The notes under the pieces: model-generated | The model's input: the letters and a program-made list of their open reading frames with translations, nothing else | The model's database searches: none | What the model was told of the DNA's origin: nothing | Source: Planctomycetota bacterium | Lineage (GTDB): Bacteria; Planctomycetota; UBA8108; SXIK01 | DNA: 64,000 nucleotides | Assembly: GCA_965223265.1 (NCBI GenBank) | Contig: OZ244999.1 | Span: forward strand, 7,424,001 to 7,488,000 | Direction of reading: 5' to 3' | Translations under genes and position numbers: made by a program | In this document: piece after piece, positions 48,824 through 59,299 of the stretch | How positions within the stretch are numbered: the first letter of the stretch is position 1 | Layout: every line of letters starts with the position of its first letter

Positions 48824-50419
48824 ATGCATTCCCCCAGGCGCACCGCCATTTATGCTGTCGCGGTCGCATCGCTGAGCTTAGCCTTCCTCGGCTGCCAATC
48901 TCGGACCCCAGTAGACGCTCAACCGCTGTCTGAGCCCTTGACGACTTCGGCGCCGGAAAAGGCTCAGCCGCCAGCGGATGCCGCCCCAAAGCCTGCCACC
49001 ACGAGCACCACTGTCGCCGGTAGCACCTCGGCTCAGCACAAGCTCGCGTACCCGACGGGTTCTGAGGCGACTAGCGTCCTCCTCGTCGAAAAGATCACTC
49101 CCGAGGAAGTCGCCGTCGGCAAACCGTTCGACTACACGATCGTTGTCACCAACCTGACAGAGATGGAACTGGTCGACGTGCGCGTCACTGATCAGCTGTC
49201 GTCTGAATTTCGCGTTCTCGAGAGTCAACCAGCGCTTGAGAGCTTCGACAATCTCCTCGCGACGTGGAATCTCGGCAAGCTGTCGTCGCACGAGAAACGC
49301 AGCATCCAAATGCGCGGCCAAGTCGACAATACCGGTATCTTGGGTGGCTGCACGAAAGTGAGTTACAACACGCAAATCTGTTCGGCGATTGCCGTCGTCG
49401 AACCAGTTCTGCAGTTGACGGTCGAGACGCCTGCTGACGCGCTCTTGTGTGAAGACATCCCAGTCAAGTACAAGCTAACGAATCTGGGCACCGGCCACGC
49501 AAAGAACGTCGTGCTGACTCACATGATGCCGGACAACATGCGGCACGCAGAAGGCGACGCTCCACTCGTGTTCAACGTTGAACACATGGCTCCCGGCCAG
49601 ACCGAAACGTTCGCCACAAATCTCAAGGCGCTGATCAGCGGCAATTTCACACACAAGGTGGAAGCGAAAGGCGAAGGCGGCTATGAGTCGCACGCAATCG
49701 CCGAGACGAACGTAACGCACCCGGTTCTCAAAGTCACCTGCGAAGGCCGCACCGAGCAGTTCCTCGGCCGCCCAATCCGCTACAAAATCCATGTTGAAAA
49801 CACCGGCAGCGGCGTCGCGCGCAACTGCACGATCGAGCACACCCTTCCGGACGGCACGGATTTCCTCGCTGCGAGTGACAACGGTCGTCTGACCGCGGAT
49901 CGCGTCGTGTGGAAACTCGGCGAGCTTGCTCCTGGTGCGTCGAAAGATCTGACAGTGGGATTGCGACTCCAGAAGATCGGTGAGCTCCAGAACATGATTC
50001 AGGCCCGCGCCGACTGTGCGAGCACGCAAGTCACGTTCGCGAAGACCTCAGTCAGGGGCATCTCAGCCATCCTGCTCGAGGTCGTCGACGTTTCCGACCC
50101 GACCGAAGTCGGCGGCCAGGAAACCTACGTGATCTCGGTGTCCAACCAGGGCACCGCCAACGGCACAGGAATCCAAATCAAGTGCTCGCTGGAGGACTCC
50201 ATGGAGTACGTGGAATCCACCGGTCCGACGCAAGCGACTGTCGAAGGTCGAACGGTTACCTTCGCGAGTCTCGCCGAGCTCGGACCCAAGAAAGAAGCAA
50301 CGTGGACCGTCGTCGTACGAGCCGCGAAAGAGGGTGACGTCCGGTTCAAGGTGCAAATGGACACCGACCAAACGCGGCGTCCTGTCCTCGAGACCGAGGC
50401 GACGACCTTTTACGACTGA
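48824..50419 (+). CDS. DUF11-repeat lipoprotein resembling chlamydial OmcB
   Basis: AGGAGG RBS, FLGC lipobox, and repeated Y.I.V.N.G...A..V.....P Ig-like units with several Cys. Confidence 0.8.
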   Translation: MHSPRRTAIYAVAVASLSLAFLGCQSRTPVDAQPLSEPLTTSAPEKAQPPADAAPKPATTSTTVAGSTSAQHKLAYPTGSEATSVLLVEKITPEEVAVGKPFDYTIVVTNLTEMELVDVRVTDQLSSEFRVLESQPALESFDNLLATWNLGKLSSHEKRSIQMRGQVDNTGILGGCTKVSYNTQICSAIAVVEPVLQLTVETPADALLCEDIPVKYKLTNLGTGHAKNVVLTHMMPDNMRHAEGDAPLVFNVEHMAPGQTETFATNLKALISGNFTHKVEAKGEGGYESHAIAETNVTHPVLKVTCEGRTEQFLGRPIRYKIHVENTGSGVARNCTIEHTLPDGTDFLAASDNGRLTADRVVWKLGELAPGASKDLTVGLRLQKIGELQNMIQARADCASTQVTFAKTSVRGISAILLEVVDVSDPTEVGGQETYVISVSNQGTANGTGIQIKCSLEDSMEYVESTGPTQATVEGRTVTFASLAELGPKKEATWTVVVRAAKEGDVRFKVQMDTDQTRRPVLETEATTFYD

Positions 50420-50452
50420 GACGATCTACAGCGTCGTCACCGAAACTTGCAC

Positions 50453-50493
50453 ACAACGGACCCCAGCGGCGAATCGCCACTGGGGTCCGTTGT
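50453..50493 (+). terminator. Long hairpin downstream of the OmcB-like gene
   Basis: ACAACGGACCCCAG...CTGGGGTCCGTTGT. Confidence 0.7.
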
Positions 50494-50652
50494 TGCATCA
50501 AGACGGGCAAGCCGCCGGGAGCTTTCCACTACGCTTGACCACCCGTTCTAATTCATTCCCGTATCGATTCAGGCGACAGGCTCGCAACGCGCAACGCGCA
50601 CCGACCTCGCAGACCGGCGTCCCTGAAGCCGGCGGTTCACCCCCACGCTGAG

Positions 50653-50751
50653 CTCCGGACGGCACACAGGAGTGTGCCTGCTACTTTGAAGATCGAGTTG
50701 GCAGCAATACTTGTCTATAGTAGCAGGCACACGCCGTGTGCCGGTCCGGAG
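50653..50751. repeat. Inverted pair of REP-like elements (GTAG-CA-GGCACAC-loop-GTGTGCC)
   Basis: Copies at 50653-50684 (minus) and 50720-50751 (plus). Same family as those in the 115-bp array and at 58186. Confidence 0.8.
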
Positions 50752-50836
50752 ATGTCCGTGAGGCGCGACGGCACGTTTGCGCCACGACACACGTTAGGCC
50801 GCAGCAGACATTAGAGACAATAGGAGGAGTCGTTTC

Positions 50837-51571
50837 ATGGCGAAGCTTCTCGATGGCAAGGTCGCCATCGTGACGGGCGGCGGCGGCGGATTGGGTTCGG
50901 CGATCTGTCAAGCTCTGGCGATCGACGGTGCGAAGATCGTCGTCGTCGGCCGCGACGAAAAGAAGTGCGAGGCGGCGCTCGAGCGCGTCCGCAGCGTCGA
51001 TAGCGAGGCGGTGTCGTGTTGTGTTGATCTCACGCAGCCGGAATCCCCCGACAAGGTGGTGGCGGCGGCAACGGCGGCGTTCGGCGGTATCGATATCCTC
51101 GTCAACTGCGCCGGCGTTTTCGTCTGGAAGAAAATGTTGGACCAAACGCGCGAGGATTGGGACAGGACGCTGGGGACGAACCTGTCGGCCCCGTTTTTCG
51201 TCACACAGAGCGTCGCCCGCACGATGGTCGAGCAAGAGAGGGGCGGAGCGATCCTCAACATCACGTCGATCCACGGCGCACTGGGCGATGCAAGCGTCGT
51301 CGGACATTGTGCATCCAAGTTCGGCCTCGTCGGCTTGACGAAGGCTGCGGCCGAGGCGCTCCGCGAACACGGAATTCGCGTCAACGCGATCGCGCCCGGT
51401 CAGATCGCACCGGATAGCGGAGACCGTCGCGGAGCCTCGCCGCAAGAACCTGTTACGCAGTGCGACATCGCAACACTCGCGGTGTTCCTGGTGTCGGACC
51501 TGTCGCGAACGCTCACCGGCAGCGTCATCGACGCCTGGGGAAACACGCGCGGTGTGATCAAGTCGTCTTGA
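50837..51571 (+). CDS. SDR-family oxidoreductase
   Basis: TGGGGGLG, NCAG and RVNAIAPG. The catalytic position reads HCASK. AGGAGGAG RBS. Confidence 0.9.
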   Translation: MAKLLDGKVAIVTGGGGGLGSAICQALAIDGAKIVVVGRDEKKCEAALERVRSVDSEAVSCCVDLTQPESPDKVVAAATAAFGGIDILVNCAGVFVWKKMLDQTREDWDRTLGTNLSAPFFVTQSVARTMVEQERGGAILNITSIHGALGDASVVGHCASKFGLVGLTKAAAEALREHGIRVNAIAPGQIAPDSGDRRGASPQEPVTQCDIATLAVFLVSDLSRTLTGSVIDAWGNTRGVIKSS

Positions 51572-51879
51572 ATCGTCTGCCCGGACGCTCCCGGCAGAGA
51601 GGATCGAGAATGGAATCTGGGATGCTCGATGGACCCGAAGCGACAACCATCTGGCGCGCTCATGCGCCTGGCCCTCAGCGCGTAGGTTCGTTCCGGGCTC
51701 GCGTCCGACGTTTTCGGTAGGCAGACCCGGTCTCGGACCATCCGGATAAGTCACCCCTCGTTCCTGCGGAAGGTGCGATCCCCGCGTCGGTGGTATTCTT
51801 CTCTGCGGACCATCGAAGTCCGCATCGCGCCGTCACCGACGTGAGCGTCACCGCCTCCATCCGCCCCCGCAGCGCAGTC

Positions 51880-53142
51880 ATGGCCGAGACAATTGACGTA
51901 GTGGAACAACTCAAGCGCGGAGCCGCCCTGGAGGGCGAAGATCTCGCAGAGATCCTCCTCGAAAAGACCGACATCGCGGGTGCTAAGTTGCGCTCATGCA
52001 ACCTCGAGCGCGCCCGTCTGATGGGCGCCAAGCTCACGTCGGCAGAGGTACGCCAATCGTGCCTCGACTGGGCGGATCTACGCTTTGCAGACCTCAGCGG
52101 CTCTGTCCTGAGCGAGTCGACGTTTCGAGCGTCCAAGGCGCTGAACGTCGACTTCAGCGGCGCAGCACTCGACTACGTTGACCTCTCGGAGGCGGAAGTC
52201 CACAAGGCCCGCATCGACAAGGCAGTCTTCACTGGTTCACGGTGGGTCGAAGCGATTGTTCAAGACGTAGACTTCGGCTCGGTTCGCGACATCTCCGGTG
52301 CTGACTTCGCCGAAGCGGATCTCGAGTCGATCCTGATGAACGGGCTCGCTCTCGAGGCGCTGTCGTTTCGCGACACACACCTGCGTCTCGTTTCCTTTCA
52401 TGGCAGCCGGCTCAGTAACGTCGATTTCACCGGTGCCCGACTCACTCGCACGACTTTCGAAAATGCCTCCTCCGAGGGTATCCTCTTCCGCGAAGCGCAT
52501 CTTGTGACGTGTAACTTCGTCCGATCGAAGCTCCGAGGCGCTGATTTTTCAGGCGGCCGGTTGGAATCGACGAGCTTCGCCGATGCGAACCTCGAAGGGA
52601 CGAACTTTCAGCGACTTCGCTGCGGCGATGGCTGCGACTTCGAGTCCGCTACGCTCGCCGACGCAAGATTCGACGAGGCGGCTCTCCAACGCGTCAACTT
52701 CAGCTCGGCGCGTCTGGTGCGGGCTCACTTCGCCGATGCGAACCTCTGCCAAGCGCAGCTGGAAGGCTGTGATCTGCAGAGAGCGACTTTCTGCGGATGC
52801 AACCTCGATCGCGCCTCGCTGCGAACAAGCGATCTCAAACTCTCGAATCTGCAAAAGGCGTCATGCCGCGAGACCGACTTCAGCGGTGCGACGCTGCGCG
52901 GCGCGCGACTGTGCGGCGTCGATCTTTCGACAGCTCGTGTCGACGGGACGGACCTTCGCGATAGCGAGCTCGAAGGTGCAACGTTCGCGATCGCGGGTCT
53001 CCGTCAGGCGAGGCTGCCCGACACAGCACGGCTCGCAGGTGCACTCGTGGTCGGCCGTGACGCCGAGCTCGGCGTCGACACCGACCAACCTCGCCGCGTC
53101 GACGTCGAGTTGGCTCGCCGGCTGATCTCACTTCAAGCCTGA
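51880..53142 (+). CDS. Pentapeptide-repeat protein
   Basis: Continuous A(D/N)(L/F)xx repeats over about 380 aa. Confidence 0.92.
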   Translation: MAETIDVVEQLKRGAALEGEDLAEILLEKTDIAGAKLRSCNLERARLMGAKLTSAEVRQSCLDWADLRFADLSGSVLSESTFRASKALNVDFSGAALDYVDLSEAEVHKARIDKAVFTGSRWVEAIVQDVDFGSVRDISGADFAEADLESILMNGLALEALSFRDTHLRLVSFHGSRLSNVDFTGARLTRTTFENASSEGILFREAHLVTCNFVRSKLRGADFSGGRLESTSFADANLEGTNFQRLRCGDGCDFESATLADARFDEAALQRVNFSSARLVRAHFADANLCQAQLEGCDLQRATFCGCNLDRASLRTSDLKLSNLQKASCRETDFSGATLRGARLCGVDLSTARVDGTDLRDSELEGATFAIAGLRQARLPDTARLAGALVVGRDAELGVDTDQPRRVDVELARRLISLQA

Positions 53143-53205
53143 TCGCCTGCCGTCAGCGACTGCTCGCACGCGAGCCATGGGAAGTTTCCCCGCCGATCGC
53201 CAAGT

Positions 53206-54108
53206 TCAAGGCTGTAGAACAATCTTGGACGACGACTTGATCGACTGACTCACGGGCATGTCGCTGTTGGGCACCTTCATCTCCATCTGTAGACTCTGCG
53301 TCGCCTCCGACCTGACCAATCGTCCGGCGGCGGCGTCGAAGAGCACGTATCCTTCAGCGTCCTGGGAGATGATTTTGATTTCGACCGGCGCGTCGCCGGA
53401 CTTTTGAAAGCTGGTGACGAATTCAAGGTCGATCCGTTCGAATTTTCGGTCACTATCCTTCGGCGAAAAAGGCCCCTTGTAGGTCATGGTCATGTGGAGA
53501 TGAAGCGCGCCGCCTGGCACCGCAAGCTTGCGCGTCTCCGTCCAGGTGTCCCCTCGCTTCACAGGCTTCTCCGGTAGCCGCGGAGCGCTCATCATCTGCT
53601 TGAGCGCCTCCTCCGAGAAACCGGCTGCTGCGCCAGGCGCCGCCAGGGTCTCCTTCACTTCCTCAGGGACCACAAAGTCCGTCCGCTCGCCGCGAGCACT
53701 CATGGTGAACTCAAACGGCTGTGCCACCATCAACTTGAAAACCCTCATCAAGTTGCCAAGCGGGTTCTGAGGCAACTCCTCATCCTTCTGCGAGTCGTAA
53801 CTCACCGGCCCGAACGGTAGCTCGAAGTTGAGCCGCGAGCGCGTCACGGTCTGCGTCATCTTGGCAGATCCCTCCGTCACGTCTTTGACTTCGACGGTCG
53901 TGTCGAGAGTCATCTGCTGGGACGTCTTAATCGAGCCGACTGCGTCGCCGCTGACGGAGATCTCGTTTGTCTGCTCGAGACGATAGTCTGTCTTCTGCCC
54001 TTTCTCGAACTTGAATCTGAGCTCAGTCGTCTCGGCGGCCTGGAGTCCGGCGGCGACAACGACACCAAAGAGAAGAGTGATCGCGAAGCGGCGAAGCCGG
54101 CTGCTCAT
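53206..54108 (-). CDS. Secreted hypothetical protein (DUF6263-like)
   Basis: Signal peptide, LRFKFEKGQ, YDS, LPEKPVKRGDTW and G...FD...GRL. AGGAG RBS. Confidence 0.65.
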   Translation of the reverse strand: MSSRLRRFAITLLFGVVVAAGLQAAETTELRFKFEKGQKTDYRLEQTNEISVSGDAVGSIKTSQQMTLDTTVEVKDVTEGSAKMTQTVTRSRLNFELPFGPVSYDSQKDEELPQNPLGNLMRVFKLMVAQPFEFTMSARGERTDFVVPEEVKETLAAPGAAAGFSEEALKQMMSAPRLPEKPVKRGDTWTETRKLAVPGGALHLHMTMTYKGPFSPKDSDRKFERIDLEFVTSFQKSGDAPVEIKIISQDAEGYVLFDAAAGRLVRSEATQSLQMEMKVPNSDMPVSQSIKSSSKIVLQP

Positions 54109-54616
54109 GATGTTCTCCTGAGTCAAAGAGACGAGGTGCGCCGCGGGACAGCCCCCACAAAAGGCGCACGACCATAGAGTGAGACGCGCGAGCGGGCGAT
54201 TTGTTCGCGCTCTTCGAGTTTTTCTCGGACGATCGGCCGCTGCAGAAGGCTGATTCGGACGGCGCGAGGAGGCTCCCTAACGCGGTCCAGGACGGCTCAC
54301 GGAAGCTGGCCTGATCCGAATCCTTCCCGGTGCCTCCTGATCTTCCCGCCGATTCACACCGCCGTCAACCACCCGCCGACGCACGTTGAGGGAAACGCCG
54401 GGAAGTTCGTGCGGCCGGCACGAGATGGCTCAGTTCGAGTTAGCTCAGACGAGGGCTCAACGGAAGACGAATGATCGAGGCGCGTCCGCATCGCAAGAGT
54501 GCCTTTGGCTGCCTGTCAAGCTCGTTCTCGCACCGAACGACAAGCGATCTCAGGGCGCGGCAGCGTTCGCATCACGATTCTGGAAATACCGCGGCGAACC
54601 GTGTAAACCGGCCCTC

Positions 54617-57600
54617 ATGAAGGTGGTTTACAGCGTCGACGTCGCTCGTCTGGAATCGATGGTTGTCGATGCGGTCGCATCGCGGCCTCATGGCGGACTC
54701 GTCGACTCAATTCTCGTGCTGGCGCCGACGACAGCGCTCGTCGATGCACTGAAGGTGCGGATACTTGAAGCGACGCGCGCCGTCGTCGGCGCCCACATTA
54801 TGACGTTCCATAGGCTTTGCGAGCGCGCCATGGAGGTCGCCTTGGAGCCACCGCCGACTGTTCTCCCCGCCGCTGCCGAGCGCGCACTCCTGCGCCGACT
54901 GCTGCCTCAGAGTCCGTTATCCGGTGCTTCCGGTCAATCACCTTCGGCCGCGTCGTCTTCGGCGCCGTTGAGAAAGCCTTTCCTCGAGGCCTTGAGGACG
55001 ACGCTCCGAGACCTACGTGAAGCAAAGATCAGCGCCGCAGAGCTCACCGGCGTACAAGGGAAGACGGGCTTGGTCGGGACGTACCGTGCATTCGAGGCGA
55101 CGCTCCAGCGACTTGAATCCCTGGGCGTCTCCGACTACGCCGGACTTGTCCGCAAAGCGGCGCCACACGTCGGGAACTTTCTGACGCAAAAGCGCATCGT
55201 TCGTGTCATTCAATACGGTGCCTACGACCTGACGGAGATCAACGTCGAGCTGCTTCGATCCATCGACGCCTGTGTCGAAGTAGAGTTTTATTTGCCAACT
55301 GAGATCGATGGACCCGCCTACGCGCTGGCGCAAGACTTCACTCGTCGCCTCGAGACGCTCGGCGCGAGCATCTCGTCGGCATCGTTCGGTCGCGGCAGCC
55401 GTGTGCAGAGTTGGCGCCGAAGTCTCGGCTCGCTCTTCGACGATGGAGACGACAGGGACGCCACCCAGCGACAGAAGCGCACGCGACGCGAAGCTTCAGG
55501 CGAAGCGGGGAATGCGGCGCCGGTGACGCTCGATGACCTGCTCACCCGTGGTGGGCCGGCGCTGGAGCTGCGGCACAGCCAGGGCAACTTGCTCGAGCTC
55601 GAGGCAGCCGTGCTACGGGCGCTGTCGCTTCACGTCAAGGAAGACGTGGCGTGGCACGAGATCGCCATCGTCGCTCGCAGCTTGGAACCCTACGCGCCGT
55701 TTCTCAATCAACTCTGCACCCAGCACGGGGTACCGTACACAACGAGTGCCCGTGAGACCCTGAAACGCCGCGGCGCGGTGGCTGCGTTTCTCACCCTTCT
55801 ACGCCTGCTTTCGGGCGACTTCGAGCGTGCCGTCGTCATCGAAGTCCTGCGCTCCCCCTTCGTGGATTCCGGCGCCAGCGGCGGCGCTCTGCAAGTCACC
55901 GAGGCAGACATCGATCGGGTCGACCGTCTCAGCCGCGCGACGCGCCTCGTGCGCGGCGCGGCAGCGTGGTCTGAACTCCCTGCGCTCGTGGCGACGAACG
56001 CCGCGAAAGAGTCCACCGCCCGCCAAGATGACGTCGCGGCAGCGCAAAGTGTCGCAGCGCTCGTCGAAGACCTTGCGGCCGACGCCACCGAGTGGGCGGC
56101 CGCGGCCACGCTGGATGCGCAATGCGCCGCGATAAAAGACATCGCGGCGCGGTGGATTTCACCGCAGTGGCAAGGCGACCTCGTCGATGTTTTCGCGCAG
56201 CTCGATGCTGTGCGTCTCACGGTCATTAGTGGAGAGGGACGAAACCACGGGCCAGAACTGCAGTCTGCAGAAAGACACGATCATCACGACATCGGTGAAA
56301 GCGAGGGAGCAAGCGAGTCCCCATGCAGCCCTGTGGAGATGCTCTCGCTTCTCAGCGAAATCGCTGATGAGAAACTCGACCGCCAAGGCGCGCGAGCCGA
56401 AGCGGGTGTGCACATCCTTGATCTCATGCAACTGCGTGGCATGACTCATGAGGTCGTGATCTGGCTCGGATTCCATACTGGCTCGTTTCCGCGACTCGCC
56501 CGGCAAGACGCTTTTCTGCCTGACAGCGCGCGCCAGAACATCCGAACCAAGACTCATCGCCGTCTGCGGCTGGCGCGAGAAAGCGACGACGAAGAACGCC
56601 TGCTGCTGGCGACGACGTTGAGCGGTGCACGCCGGCGCCTAGTGGTGTCCTATCAGCGCGCCGATGACGCCGGTCGCAAACGGACGCGCTCGAGTGCGAT
56701 GCGTGAGATCGCACGCCTCTTTATTGGCAAGCCGGACAGTGTGCGCCTGCTCGAGGATGCGCCGTCAAACCCTTACCGGCCCGAACGCGTGCCGGTGCAC
56801 GTGGGAGAACGAGTTGGACGTTTCGCGCGCTCGTCAAACTTCGCGCTGTTGAACCCCGCGGCTGCCCTGGCGGGCGCCGCGGCCGTTGTGGATAGCCCTT
56901 GCGATGAGGTCGACGAACTGGCGGCGGACCTCACGCCGTGGCTCGATCTCGACTCCACACGATTGAGGACTGCGATCGAGTGGGTGCGGCGCGTGGAGCG
57001 TTTTCAGCCCCACCAAGAGAGCGCGGCGCTGGACGCATTGACGGAGCAGGGTGTCGGCGAAGAAGCCGAGATGTCGCCAACGGCACTCGAGCGTCTCGGC
57101 CGCTGTCCGCAGGCTTTCTTTCTCGAGCATGTGCTCGGCATCCACCGTCTTGACGATGAGCCAAAGGCGTATCGCATTGACCATCGCCTCCTCGGTTCTG
57201 CGGTTCACGACACTCTCGAGGCGCTCTACGATGATCTGCAGCGCCGTGGTTGGCCTCGCGAACGCGCGGTACCTGTGAGCGACGTCGTGGCTCAGGCCAC
57301 CAACGCATTGCCGGCGCTGTGGGAACAGAATCTGAGACGCTACAGCGGCCCGTCGCTTTGGCGTCTGCGTGGCCTGCGCGCGATCCTGCAGAAGGCGTGG
57401 CTGCAAGCGCTTCAATCCTTCGTCGAGGTCGATCTGGCAGCACTTTGTCGCGACAACATCGACGCGCTTGAGCTCGAAGCTGTGTGCCGCGGTACCATTG
57501 AGCTCAACACTACGACGCGGCTTCGCGTGCGAGGTCGACTCGATCGCCTGGCGCGGACAACGGCAGGATTCTCGATTACCGACTACAAGACGAGCGGTGA

Positions 57601-58054
57601 CCTTGGAGCCCGAGCCGCAAGTGCCAAGATTCTGCGCGGAGTCCATCTGCAGCTGCCGCTCTACCGCGAGTTGATCGCTTCCCTACGGCAGACGGACGTC
57701 GAAGGCGTCAGCGCGCAGCTCCTAGGAGTGGGCCCGGACTTCGATCGTGGCAAATCGCGCCGGGCTCACCTCAAGTGGGACGCATCGCTGCGGCGCGGAT
57801 TTCTCGACACGGTGAGCGCTCTGGTCGACCTGGCGCGTCGAGGCTATTTTCCACTGCAGCCTGATACAGACAGCTGCCGCTACTGCTCGTTTCGTCGCAC
57901 CTGCCGCAAAGACCACGCGCCAACGCGCGAGCGACTACGGAGCCATCCCGACCTGCAAAATTTCTTCGCGCTGCAGCTCAAATCCCCTGCCAAGCCGACA
58001 CTCGAAGACGTCCGTCGTGCCGAGCGCCGTGTGGAAGCGCAGCCGACGGCGTGA
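54617..58054 (+). CDS. AddB/RexB-like protein (inactive helicase-like N-terminus plus PD-(D/E)XK nuclease)
   Basis: SPTALERLGRCP..FF, G...H, RGRLDR, DYKT, QLPLY and CRYC.....C (Fe-S staple Cys). Confidence 0.8.
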   Translation: MKVVYSVDVARLESMVVDAVASRPHGGLVDSILVLAPTTALVDALKVRILEATRAVVGAHIMTFHRLCERAMEVALEPPPTVLPAAAERALLRRLLPQSPLSGASGQSPSAASSSAPLRKPFLEALRTTLRDLREAKISAAELTGVQGKTGLVGTYRAFEATLQRLESLGVSDYAGLVRKAAPHVGNFLTQKRIVRVIQYGAYDLTEINVELLRSIDACVEVEFYLPTEIDGPAYALAQDFTRRLETLGASISSASFGRGSRVQSWRRSLGSLFDDGDDRDATQRQKRTRREASGEAGNAAPVTLDDLLTRGGPALELRHSQGNLLELEAAVLRALSLHVKEDVAWHEIAIVARSLEPYAPFLNQLCTQHGVPYTTSARETLKRRGAVAAFLTLLRLLSGDFERAVVIEVLRSPFVDSGASGGALQVTEADIDRVDRLSRATRLVRGAAAWSELPALVATNAAKESTARQDDVAAAQSVAALVEDLAADATEWAAAATLDAQCAAIKDIAARWISPQWQGDLVDVFAQLDAVRLTVISGEGRNHGPELQSAERHDHHDIGESEGASESPCSPVEMLSLLSEIADEKLDRQGARAEAGVHILDLMQLRGMTHEVVIWLGFHTGSFPRLARQDAFLPDSARQNIRTKTHRRLRLARESDDEERLLLATTLSGARRRLVVSYQRADDAGRKRTRSSAMREIARLFIGKPDSVRLLEDAPSNPYRPERVPVHVGERVGRFARSSNFALLNPAAALAGAAAVVDSPCDEVDELAADLTPWLDLDSTRLRTAIEWVRRVERFQPHQESAALDALTEQGVGEEAEMSPTALERLGRCPQAFFLEHVLGIHRLDDEPKAYRIDHRLLGSAVHDTLEALYDDLQRRGWPRERAVPVSDVVAQATNALPALWEQNLRRYSGPSLWRLRGLRAILQKAWLQALQSFVEVDLAALCRDNIDALELEAVCRGTIELNTTTRLRVRGRLDRLARTTAGFSITDYKTSGDLGARAASAKILRGVHLQLPLYRELIASLRQTDVEGVSAQLLGVGPDFDRGKSRRAHLKWDASLRRGFLDTVSALVDLARRGYFPLQPDTDSCRYCSFRRTCRKDHAPTRERLRSHPDLQNFFALQLKSPAKPTLEDVRRAERRVEAQPTA

Positions 58055-58086
58055 ACGAAGCGTGCTGCTTCACTTGCTGTCTCATT

Positions 58087-58265
58087 CAGAGGCGGAGGCA
58101 GAGGCAGAGACAGAGACAGAGGCGCGCGCCCACGGTCACGCTCGCGCTCGCGCACACGCTCACGCTCACGCACAGGCCAACAAGACCGGACGGCACACGG
58201 CGTGTGCCTGCTACTTTGGGAGAGGCCCACGCTCACGCTCACGCTCACGCAATCGCAATCGCGCA
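58087..58265 (-). repeat. Composite hexamer-repeat / REP element without a gene
   Basis: AGAGGC/AGAGAC and CACGCT hexamer tracts surround a REP at 58186-58214. The flanks match the 115-bp unit. Confidence 0.8.
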
Positions 58266-58288
58266 TGGCCTAGAACGAGTCCTGCGCC

Positions 58289-59299
58289 TCACTCGACGAC
58301 GTAAGGACATGCCACCGTCCGCCCGGCTTCAACAGGGACGAGCGCTGGACGTTCCTCGCGGCAATTCGGCTGGGCGATGGGACAGCGCGAATGGAAGCCA
58401 CACCCTGAGGGCTTCATGAGCGGCGTCGGGAGGTCGCCCTCGAGACGAATACGGTCGGCGCGTTCGCGGCGCGGATTGGGCTGTGGCACGGCCGACAGGA
58501 GTGCCTTGGCATAGGGATGCCGCGGCGACGTGTAGATCTGATCGGAGCCGCCGACCTCCGCGAACTCGCCGAGATACATGACGGCGATGCGGTCGCTGAC
58601 GTGGTGGACGACGCTGAGGTCGTGCGCGATAAAAAGATACGTCAGCTCAAACTCCTCCTGCAGCTCTGCCATCAGGTTGATCACCTGCGCTTGCACGGAG
58701 ACGTCCAGCGCGCTGACGGGTTCGTCCGCAATGATGAGCCGGGGACGCGTCGCCAGCGCCCGCGCGATGCCGATGCGTTGGCGCTGGCCACCTGAAAACT
58801 CGTGCGGGAAACGCGCCATGACGTCACCGCCGAGCCCGACGCGGTCGAGCACCATCGCGATCCTCGCCTGTCGCTCGCGCCGATTGAGCTGCGTGTGCAG
58901 CTTGAGCGGTCGATCGATGAGTCCACGCACCGTCATACGAGGGTTGAGGGACGAATATGGATCCTGAAAGATGAGCTGGATCTCGGCGCGATACGGCTTC
59001 ATGCGCCGGCGCCGCAGGCCGTTCAGGTCGACGACACCCGCACGGCTATGAAAGAGAATCTCACCTTCAAGATGCACATCGGGTGTCAACGCGCGAAGTA
59101 GGTTGGCGATGGCGCGACCAACTGTCGTCTTACCCGATCCCGATTCACCGACCAGACCGAGTGTCTCACCCTCGGCGAGATCGAACGACACGCCATCGAC
59201 CGCGCGCACCTCGGCAATCTTGTGGCGTAGCACACCGCCGTAGACCGGGAAGCCGACGCGCAGATTCTTCACTTCGAGGAGTGGCTGCTTCGCCGTCAT
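58289..59299 (-). CDS. Oligopeptide ABC transporter ATP-binding protein (OppF-like)
   Basis: [25 protein letters not shown] and C-terminal HPY/C.F..RC. ATGA overlap with the upstream ATPase gene. Confidence 0.92.
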   Translation of the reverse strand: MTAKQPLLEVKNLRVGFPVYGGVLRHKIAEVRAVDGVSFDLAEGETLGLVGESGSGKTTVGRAIANLLRALTPDVHLEGEILFHSRAGVVDLNGLRRRRMKPYRAEIQLIFQDPYSSLNPRMTVRGLIDRPLKLHTQLNRRERQARIAMVLDRVGLGGDVMARFPHEFSGGQRQRIGIARALATRPRLIIADEPVSALDVSVQAQVINLMAELQEEFELTYLFIAHDLSVVHHVSDRIAVMYLGEFAEVGGSDQIYTSPRHPYAKALLSAVPQPNPRRERADRIRLEGDLPTPLMKPSGCGFHSRCPIAQPNCREERPALVPVEAGRTVACPYVVE

